From a virus: a stretch of 64,000 bases of DNA. The position numbers and the translations under genes were made by a program. The notes beneath the pieces are model-generated. The model saw only the letters and a program-made list of their open reading frames with translations. It was not told where the DNA came from and made no database searches. The stretch lies in the IMG/VR virus record IMGVR_UViG_3300020419_000004; one strand, written 5' to 3'. This document shows, in pieces, positions 55,860-64,000 of this stretch (its first letter is position 1; each line of letters begins with the position of its first letter).

Positions 55860-58800
55860 ATGACAAATTCTTCCTGGAAGGTTAGTTCGTGGACTACCCC
55901 GACCACAACGGTTTCTGTACCACCAGTACCGTCTGAGGTCAGTCCTGAATCTAAATCGCAAATATCCCTCAGTGTTGCGGGACAGTTTGCTTCGTTTATA
56001 CAGGAAAATTATCCAACCTTCATATCGTTTGTAAAAGAATACTATAAGTCACAAGAATTAAAGGGATACTGTTTTGATGTCATTCAGAACTGGTCTGATT
56101 ATTATAATATTGACAACTACGGTGGTCTAGTTACTGAGACTACACTAATTTCAGCGTTAACAACTACCTCTTCAGCAGTTGACGTTGAATCTACTCGTGA
56201 TTTTCCTAATGAAGGTCTTTTAATGGTAGATGATGAGATCATTTACTACCAAAAGAAAGGATCTACACTTTTTCAAGACTGTGCAAGGGGATTTAACGCT
56301 GTAAAGTCAGTTGGAGAGGTTGGAACTTTCCAATTTGAAGAAACAACTGCTGCAACTCATGCTCTTGGAGCAAAAGTTGTCAATTTAAACAATATATTTC
56401 CACTTTACATACTTGGAAAGTTCAAAGAACAGTTTTTAGCGACTTTTCCAAAGAACTTTGCAAGTGGAGTTACTGAATCAACAGTAATTAAGAGAATTAA
56501 AGACTTCTATGCTGCAAAGGGGTCTACAAGGTCATTCCAATTTGTTTTAAGAACACTATTTGGCGTAGAATCAGAAGTTAACTACCCAAGAGAGAGAATA
56601 TTCAAACCATCCGATGCATATTACACCTCCAGAGAGGTTATTCGTGCGGTTGCTGTCTCTGGAGACCCTATTGCACTTGTTGGACAAGTATTATACCAAG
56701 AAAACGACGCAAACGACGCAAATGTTGCTTCTGCAAGAATTTACGTTAAGGGAGTTGTAGAAGTATTCACTCCAAGTGGCACAATCTTTGAAATTGACGT
56801 AGATACCAATAATTCACTAGGTACATTTGTTACACCGTACAAATCTACTCTTGCAAATGACTTAGGTGGTCAATTAACAGATACAACTGTTACAGTTGAC
56901 TCTACATTAGGTTGGCCAGAGGCAAATGGTCGATTTAGGATCGAAGATGAGATTATAAGTTATACAGACAAGACTGTAACCCAATTTCTTGGTTGTAACC
57001 GTGCTAGAGAGAATACAATTATCAATGCACATGATTCAGGTCAAGAAGTCTTTGCTGCATTCAAGATTTTCGGATATTCTAATGTAGATAACTCAGAAAT
57101 CCAGTTAAAGGTATATGGTGGTACTAGAGGTGTAATATTGAACGATGGTGGTAAGTATTATCTACCAGACAGTAAAGTCACAACACCTGCAGCACCTGGC
57201 TTTGATAGTATTGATCCTCTATGGGATAGTTTTACATATAATGTGAGACGTGCTCTCAGAGGGTCTTCAGCGACCCTAGGAAGCGTACTTGCTGATGGTT
57301 CGGTACGTTGTACTGTTGTGACTAAAGAGAGACATTATTTAAAAAGAGATGATGTCATTAGAATACTGAATGCACCTGAAGACATCTACAATAATATGCA
57401 CGATGTTGCAGGTATTATTGATGACTTTACATTTGAGTTTATATTCAGCTCAACACCTGCAAATGGTATAACAGGATTTGAATTCTACATTGCTAGAGAG
57501 TTTGCATTTGGTAAGAGTGACTATAATTCAATTAATGTAGGAATTGAGAAGTATACCGCAGATGTACAGAACACTTATAAGAGTAGTACAGATGCACTTG
57601 TAACTAGTACAGGTTTACCATCACATAAGATAGGTCCTTTCGGTACTAACGACTTAAATCCTGGCAACCAGAGATATCTTAAGAGAATACCTCTTGTACC
57701 ATCTACTAAGAGTACAAAGACTGCTACTCCAGTAGGTCAAGTTGGTATTGGATCAAATGGTGTACCTTTCTTCTCATATAAGGGAGAAGGTAAAAAGAAA
57801 TATGGTGGATTGAAGTCTATTACGAAAATTAACGGTGGAACTGGATATGATATCACAAACCCTCCTACAGTTGAGTTTGAAGCAGACTATAAACTCAATA
57901 CACCCTATGCTTCAGGTATAAGAGTCAAATATAATGGTAATAGGTATAAATCGTTACAAGCAGGTATATCTTCTAATACATTATACCCAACACACAATAC
58001 TGGAGACGCTGCAGTAGGTCAAATCACTTGGGAATACGAAGGAACGCCAGCAGCAGCGACTGTTTCCGTAAAAGGATCAGTAACAGCTATAAACGTTACT
58101 AATGGTGGTAGTGGATATACAACAGAACCAATTATATCAATTACTGGTGGTGGAACAACCTCTGATAACCAAGCATCTGCTACTGCACAGATTACATCGG
58201 GTACTGTAACTGGTATTAACGTTGTTAGTGGTGGATCTGGATATACCAGTGTCCCAACTATCACAATTACTGGTGGTAATGGTTCTGGGGCAACTGCAAC
58301 CGCAACTTGTCGAGGTCCTGTTGATACTATTAACATTTCTAATGCAGGAACTCAATATACATACGAACCAACTATCAATTTGATCTCTGGTAGTGGTGCT
58401 GTTGCATATCCGTCAATATTGAACGGAAAGATCGAAAGTATTATTGTTACATTTGGTGGTAGTGGATATTTTGGTGCTCCAGACGTTATTATCACTGGAG
58501 ATGGAGTTGGTGCTACTGCATTTGCTCAAGTAGACCTTTCTAGCAACATTGTTACAGGTATTGTCATAACAAACAAAGGTGCAGGTTACTCTGCAGGTGC
58601 TACAACCGTTAGTATCGTATATCCTGGTTCTGGTGCGTCATTCCAGACCAATTTGACAGAATTAACATATAATGAAGCAGCAACAGCAGAAGAACTAGGA
58701 GTTCCGTCAAATCAGTTCACAAATAGGAAAACTGTAGACGCTTCAAACGGTGCAACCATGCAAGGTGAGAACTATTTGATATATGGTGGAGAATATGGAT

Positions 58801-61800
58801 ATTTGTACAATCCTAAGCAACTTAGATTCCTTTTAAGGGATAATATTGACGCAAACATGACTGAGTTGAATCCAACCTCTCATTCACCGATTATTGGGTA
58901 TGCATTTGACGGACATCCGATATATGGACCTTATGGTTTCGAGGATGCTGAAAATACCGCACCATACAACTCATATAAGTTGATGGTTTCCAGTTATAAC
59001 GTAAAGTCCTCTAGAGATGCTCTTCTAAGCGGTCTAACAGACCCTATGGGGACTTATATCGACGATTATGAATATACAGAAGGATATGGAGATTTAGATC
59101 AATATAATGGAAGATTTTGTGTTACTCCCGAATATCCAAATGGAGTTTATGCATATTTCGCTACAATTAAGGGATCTGCGGGAGAACCGAAGTTTCCGTA
59201 CTTTGTAGGACCTAATTTCTACTCAGAAGCGGATGCTGTCAACTGGAATGGTAATGGTCTGCAGAAAAACTTCACAGAAGACGCAGTTAGGTATAAAGCA
59301 CCATTTATCAGCACAGATAACATTGTAGCGAAGAGAAAACAGTTAGATAACCGAGTTGACTTCTTTTTAGCACTAGAAGACACCACAACTTTGATTGTGA
59401 TGGAAACTGGGGAGATATTAACTTATCTTGAAGATGGAATTGGGTATTACAGTTACTATCCTACTATTAGAGGTGGTACTGCTGATTCTATGGTTGTATC
59501 AGGTACTAATAAGTATTCATCCTCTGGCGTTGACCAATATCTAGTTGAAGGTGGTGGTAAAGAGTATAAAGTCAATGATAGACTTCAATTTGACAATACT
59601 GGCACTGGTGGAGAAGGTATAAGTGCAATTGTATCAAATGTACAAGGTACTACAGTAAGTTCCATCAGTATGATGGTTTTATCAGGTGAGGACAGATATC
59701 TTGCAACTGTTAACACTACAGAGAACCATTATTTGCAAGTTAACGATACAGCTGTCATTACAGTAGCAGATAATCTTTATACGAGAAATATCAAGACAAA
59801 AATCATTGGTAGCAGATATCACTTCAAATATGGAGATATGTTGAGTGGTGGAATGAAACTTATTGCCCCATATCAAAATACTACCGCATATGTCTATGGT
59901 GACTTAATATATGTTGCAGATAGAGTTTATAGAGCTGCACAAGGTACATCTGGTTCATCAGCACCTACACACACTTCTGGGACTGTTTCTGACGGTTCTA
60001 TGGACTGGACTTACATGAGATTACGTACAGATGGTAATTTGTACCAAGATGGTTGGTCTAGCATCACAGGTGGGTCTGGATACACAAATGGCACATATTC
60101 TGGAGTTCCTATAACAACTAATGGATCTGGTAAGGGTGCAAAAGCAACTATCGTCGTTTCTGGTGGTTCTGTAACAAATGTTACACTTACAGAGATGGGA
60201 ACCGCATATAACGTCGGTGACACTATAACTGCTGCAGATATTAACCTTGGTAATGCAGGTGGGTCTGGATTTACAATAACATTGACTGAAGTTGAAACTG
60301 AAGCACAAATTCAACTTAATAAAGCTCATCAGACTGAAATTGGCGATATAGTCAATATCTCAGGTGTATCACCTGCGTCTTACAATAAGACAGACTATAC
60401 AGTTGTTCGTAGTGATACATTAAGAAGATTTGTCGTAAAACGCAACTTTGGAAGTGTTGCAGCTGCAACAACGACTAATGCCGAGGTTTATGTCCAAGAA
60501 CCGAAGTTAAAACTCATTGACGGACACAAATACACTTTTGACACTTCTGATGCAAGTAATGTTGGAAAAACACTTGCATTTACTTTAGATTCGGCAAATA
60601 CCGATATTTTCACTTATAAGAACATTACTGACGAAGTTAGAGACGCAGTTACTGGAGATCAGACCTCAATCACTATTTTGGTCGATGGTTTACCTGGTAT
60701 CTTCTATTATTTCGATATTCAAGGATCTACAAGCGGAAATTACTTCCAAGCGATTAATGATCCGATTATCGGCACTCAAACCGTATTCTCAAAAACTGAT
60801 ACATCATTTACCTATGAAATGGCAGTTGCACCTGAAAGTGGATATGCAGCTGCAACTTACACTACAGACTCCGTTTATCCTTCAGGAGGGATTGCATCTA
60901 TCTCTATTGGTGATCCTGGTCGAAATTACTCATCTCTTCCAAAATTATTAAGTTCTACTAGATCTGGTTCTGGAGCAACTGCGGTAGCGACTATTTCTGG
61001 TTCTTTATCAAATGTATCGGTTACTAATCAAGGATCTGGATATAATCAGGCATCTTTACCAAGTGGAGTTGTTACGTTACCAGATTACGTAGATTTAACA
61101 CTTACTAACATACTTGGGTCATTTGTTCCAAATGAGATCCTTATTTCACAAACAGTCCAAGGTAACCAGACTGCTAGGGGACAAGTAATTAATTGGAACC
61201 CAGTTACCTCTGTATTGAGAATTAGACCACTTAGGAACGAAAGAACTGGTGCAGGTAATAAAGGATACATTATGTTCAGTACTGGGGTTGCTGAGACCAA
61301 TAATCTCTTTAGTGCAGATTCACAAGCATCTATTAGTGCTATAAGTGGAACCCAAGCAACTGTAGCAACTGTAGTGTCTGGTGGTGGTGCACTTTCAGAA
61401 GTGACCGTTACTGCTGCAGGTTCTAACTACAGAGCTGCTCCTAACGTTATATTTGATGATCCTTACTATGGATCTGTAGATACTATTACTACACTAGTCC
61501 AACCAGCTGGTAACGGTACATATACCGCAGACCAGACTACAACTGGTGTAACTCAAACTAGTGTTGCTCCTGTCAACGGTACAGGTGCTACTTTCACAGT
61601 TGTCACAGATGGTAATGGAAGAATAGCTACTGTCACCGTGACTGGTGGTGGTAGTGCATATGCATTGGGTGATGTAATCACTTTTGATGGTACAAAGATA
61701 CCAGGTGGTGCTTCTAACGAAGACTTTACTGTGACAGTTAATGGATTGGCACATGCTAATCCTGCAACGATCGCTACTCTGTTAGATGCTGCTGTAGATA

Positions 61801-64000
61801 CCATTACTATTACTAATAGTGGATCTGGTTATCTATCTGCTCCTAATATCGAAGTTAGTGGTGGTAATGGAATTAATGCTAAGTTCAATGCTACTATAGT
61901 CAATCAGGGTGTCAGTGCAATTAATATCGAGACTGGTGGTCTTCAGTACCAAAGTGCTCCTGTAGTCAATATCACACAAAAAACAGGTTCAGGTGCTTCT
62001 ATACTACTCAAGTCATCAGACATGGGTAAGATATTGAAGATAGGTGGAGATAACATCACATTCAACTATTCTCACGATAGAACCTTAAAACCAGAACTCA
62101 ATACAACATATAACCTTCAACTTACAAGAACTCAGGTTCTTGATTACTTCACTATCACTTCTGGTGGTGCGAATTTCGTATCTACACCTGAGATTGTTCT
62201 TGTCGGTGGAAGTGGGTCATTATATGAGACAAGGGCATTAATAGAGAACGAAGTCATACAAACCATTCAAATCATCAATGAAGGTAGAGGTTTCTTAGCT
62301 GCTCCTACAGTTGAAGCAAGAGTAACTCATACATGGGTTGGATTGCAGTCTAATAGTACTTTAAACTTCCCATACAATACTAAAATACCAACAGGGACTA
62401 AAGTAACCCTACAACAGAACAGTGGTCAGTTCCCACCACCTCTTGCTGTTGGTACAACTTATTATGCTGTTGCAGCAACTATAGCAAATGGATTGGCAGA
62501 TAACCAGATCAGACTAGCTACAAGTCTTGCAAATGCAAATACTGGAACAGTCATTTCGTTTACTGGTGCACCAGTGGGTGATGCTCTAACTGGACAAACA
62601 TCCTTTACACTTCAGACTAGTGACCTAGGAGATAATATTACTGCGTTTATGAAACCTGCTACTTTCTCTGTTGGAGAGAGGATTTATCAGGGTGCATCAA
62701 CATCTTCCTTTACTGCATATGGATTTGTTAAGAACTGGGATGCTTCTGGTCGTGTTGTAAGTGTAGAGATAGTAGAAGGTGAGTTTAAGGTCGGTGAACC
62801 TGTATTTGGTGAAGAGACTGCTGCATTTGGTCAGATCCATGAGTTTACTAGAGCAGATGCTGTATTTGAGGTTTCACCAATCAGTACATCAGCAACCACA
62901 TGGGAAAAGACAACTGGTTTCTTAGATCTTAACGAACAGAGACTATATGACAGTGACAGGTATCAGGAATTCTCATATGACATCTCCTCATCTATTAATA
63001 TTAATGATTGGAAGAACCCACTTAAGTTTGCTGCTCATCCTGCAGGCTTTAAAGTCGTTGGTACACAAGTACTATCACAAGCAAGCATTAAAGACCATAG
63101 ATCTAAACCAACTCTTAACCTTAACTCTGGTAATTCATACGATTGGTGGATTCCAGCTACAAATAGTCTAGGAACTACCTTTAATGGTACAACATACGTC
63201 ATACCTAAACCATCTGCTAGAAATACTGGTAAGTTATCAGTTATTCAGAACTTTGCTCTAGGTAAGGCAGACTATAGTGCAGCAGTTCCAACTGAGGTTC
63301 AAGTATATGGTAAGCAACTACTAGACATTCAGAAGATCTTATCTTGTATTGCTTATAAGGCAGATGACATCAGTGATAGGTCTCTCAGTTTTGATGGATC
63401 ATCATCTAGTCTCGTAGATACAAGCACTAATAGAATTACTCTTACAGGTCACAACCTAGTTGATGATCAACGTGTCATCTATAACTCTGGTGGAGATAGA
63501 TTCCAAGATGCTAGAGATTTGGTCATTAAGAATATTGATTATATCGTAGAAGAGGTCATTGGTGATCTAAACTACACATACCCAAATCTTATATACAACT
63601 CAACAACCTGTGCTAGAGATACAAGACTAATATTAGCTGCATTTGCAAATGATTTAAGATATGGTGGTAACCAGTTTAGTTTAACAGCAGTCAATTCTTA
63701 TGTTGGGCAGACTATATCTCAAGGTAATGCTTATATTGACGCTGCTAATCTCTTAAAGGACAATAAGAACCTAATTGCTGCTGAAGCAGTGTATCAAATG
63801 TTACAAGACCAAACAGTTGGTATACCAAGTGGTTATGCAGGTGTACCAGGTGGAGATCAGAACTGTATTGACGATATTGTAGATGTAATTGAGGCAATTG
63901 CTTATAACCTACGTTATGGTGGTAATAGTGAAGTATGGGATGCTGCAAACTACTATGTAAACACAGTTCACCTAGATGGTGAAGAAACCCAATCAGTATG
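55860..64000 (+). CDS. Giant baseplate wedge initiator (gp7-like), over 2700 aa, 3'-truncated and absent from the ORF track
   Basis: ATG 55860; translated blocks at the start, middle and end share one frame; QENYPTFISFVKEYY, IKDFYAAKGS, YHYH-like block, GSGY repeats, terminal Cys repeats. Confidence 0.85.
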   Translation, partial: MTNSSWKVSSWTTPTTTVSVPPVPSEVSPESKSQISLSVAGQFASFIQENYPTFISFVKEYYKSQELKGYCFDVIQNWSDYYNIDNYGGLVTETTLISALTTTSSAVDVESTRDFPNEGLLMVDDEIIYYQKKGSTLFQDCARGFNAVKSVGEVGTFQFEETTAATHALGAKVVNLNNIFPLYILGKFKEQFLATFPKNFASGVTESTVIKRIKDFYAAKGSTRSFQFVLRTLFGVESEVNYPRERIFKPSDAYYTSREVIRAVAVSGDPIALVGQVLYQENDANDANVASARIYVKGVVEVFTPSGTIFEIDVDTNNSLGTFVTPYKSTLANDLGGQLTDTTVTVDSTLGWPEANGRFRIEDEIISYTDKTVTQFLGCNRARENTIINAHDSGQEVFAAFKIFGYSNVDNSEIQLKVYGGTRGVILNDGGKYYLPDSKVTTPAAPGFDSIDPLWDSFTYNVRRALRGSSATLGSVLADGSVRCTVVTKERHYLKRDDVIRILNAPEDIYNNMHDVAGIIDDFTFEFIFSSTPANGITGFEFYIAREFAFGKSDYNSINVGIEKYTADVQNTYKSSTDALVTSTGLPSHKIGPFGTNDLNPGNQRYLKRIPLVPSTKSTKTATPVGQVGIGSNGVPFFSYKGEGKKKYGGLKSITKINGGTGYDITNPPTVEFEADYKLNTPYASGIRVKYNGNRYKSLQAGISSNTLYPTHNTGDAAVGQITWEYEGTPAAATVSVKGSVTAINVTNGGSGYTTEPIISITGGGTTSDNQASATAQITSGTVTGINVVSGGSGYTSVPTITITGGNGSGATATATCRGPVDTINISNAGTQYTYEPTINLISGSGAVAYPSILNGKIESIIVTFGGSGYFGAPDVIITGDGVGATAFAQVDLSSNIVTGIVITNKGAGYSAGATTVSIVYPGSGASFQTNLTELTYNEAATAEELGVPSNQFTNRKTVDASNGATMQGENYLIYGGEYGYLYNPKQLRFLLRDNIDANMTELNPTSHSPIIGYAFDGHPIYGPYGFEDAENTAPYNSYKLMVSSYNVKSSRDALLSGLTDPMGTYIDDYEYTEGYGDLDQYNGRFCVTPEYPNGVYAYFATIKGSAGEPKFPYFVGPNFYSEADAVNWNGNGLQKNFTEDAVRYKAPFISTDNIVAKRKQLDNRVDFFLALEDTTTLIVMETGEILTYLEDGIGYYSYYPTIRGGTADSMVVSGTNKYSSSGVDQYLVEGGGKEYKVNDRLQFDNTGTGGEGISAIVSNVQGTTVSSISMMVLSGEDRYLATVNTTENHYLQVNDTAVITVADNLYTRNIKTKIIGSRYHFKYGDMLSGGMKLIAPYQNTTAYVYGDLIYVADRVYRAAQGTSGSSAPTHTSGTVSDGSMDWTYMRLRTDGNLYQDGWSSITGGSGYTNGTYSGVPITTNGSGKGAKATIVVSGGSVTNVTLTEMGTAYNVGDTITAADINLGNAGGSGFTITLTEVETEAQIQLNKAHQTEIGDIVNISGVSPASYNKTDYTVVRSDTLRRFVVKRNFGSVAAATTTNAEVYVQEPKLKLIDGHKYTFDTSDASNVGKTLAFTLDSANTDIFTYKNITDEVRDAVTGDQTSITILVDGLPGIFYYFDIQGSTSGNYFQAINDPIIGTQTVFSKTDTSFTYEMAVAPESGYAAATYTTDSVYPSGGIASISIGDPGRNYSSLPKLLSSTRSGSGATAVATISGSLSNVSVTNQGSGYNQASLPSGVVTLPDYVDLTLTNILGSFVPNEILISQTVQGNQTARGQVINWNPVTSVLRIRPLRNERTGAGNKGYIMFSTGVAETNNLFSADSQASISAISGTQATVATVVSGGGALSEVTVTAAGSNYRAAPNVIFDDPYYGSVDTITTLVQPAGNGTYTADQTTTGVTQTSVAPVNGTGATFTVVTDGNGRIATVTVTGGGSAYALGDVITFDGTKIPGGASNEDFTVTVNGLAHANPATIATLLDAAVDTITITNSGSGYLSAPNIEVSGGNGINAKFNATIVNQGVSAINIETGGLQYQSAPVVNITQKTGSGASILLKSSDMGKILKIGGDNITFNYSHDRTLKPELNTTYNLQLTRTQVLDYFTITSGGANFVSTPEIVLVGGSGSLYETRALIENEVIQTIQIINEGRGFLAAPTVEARVTHTWVGLQSNSTLNFPYNTKIPTGTKVTLQQNSGQFPPPLAVGTTYYAVAATIANGLADNQIRLATSLANANTGTVISFTGAPVGDALTGQTSFTLQTSDLGDNITAFMKPATFSVGERIYQGASTSSFTAYGFVKNWDASGRVVSVEIVEGEFKVGEPVFGEETAAFGQIHEFTRADAVFEVSPISTSATTWEKTTGFLDLNEQRLYDSDRYQEFSYDISSSININDWKNPLKFAAHPAGFKVVGTQVLSQASIKDHRSKPTLNLNSGNSYDWWIPATNSLGTTFNGTTYVIPKPSARNTGKLSVIQNFALGKADYSAAVPTEVQVYGKQLLDIQKILSCIAYKADDISDRSLSFDGSSSSLVDTSTNRITLTGHNLVDDQRVIYNSGGDRFQDARDLVIKNIDYIVEEVIGDLNYTYPNLIYNSTTCARDTRLILAAFANDLRYGGNQFSLTAVNSYVGQTISQGNAYIDAANLLKDNKNLIAAEAVYQMLQDQTVGIPSGYAGVPGGDQNCIDDIVDVIEAIAYNLRYGGNSEVWDAANYYVNTVHLDGEETQSV

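Overview
64 kb of a T4-like marine cyanomyovirus genome (Kyanoviridae type, probably infecting Prochlorococcus), almost fully coding. 1-12.6 kb: auxiliary metabolic and replication genes (pstS, glutaredoxin, thyX, phoH, exonuclease, gp33, gp59, purN, two 2OG-Fe(II) oxygenases, pebS, a manA-like structured RNA, gp32, a PrnA-like halogenase). 12.6-25 kb: baseplate and tail genes (gp53, gp48, gp2, gp4, gp54, gp26/gp51, two tape-measure-like genes, gp27-like, split gp5). 25-37.5 kb: acyl carrier protein, cpeT lyase, tail fibres and a gp38-like adhesin. 37.5-52 kb: early accessory region of small ORFs, two DNA methyltransferases, a putative restriction nuclease, a PPTase, and sigma70-type -10 boxes paired with two palindromic upstream motifs. 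52-64 kb: PAAR, gp25, gp6 and a gp7-like giant protein that runs off the window and is absent from the ORF track. Top leads: (1) phycobiliprotein-like Cys-containing repeats in the gp7-like virion protein of a phage that also encodes PebS and CpeT; (2) a canonical -1 frameshift signal joining gp26 to gp51 just upstream of the tape-measure-like genes; (3) a phage ACP plus PPTase (plus halogenase); (4) a two-motif early promoter code; (5) an MTase-nuclease pair; (6) an origin-like non-coding locus. All family calls come from motif recognition by eye; no searches were run.
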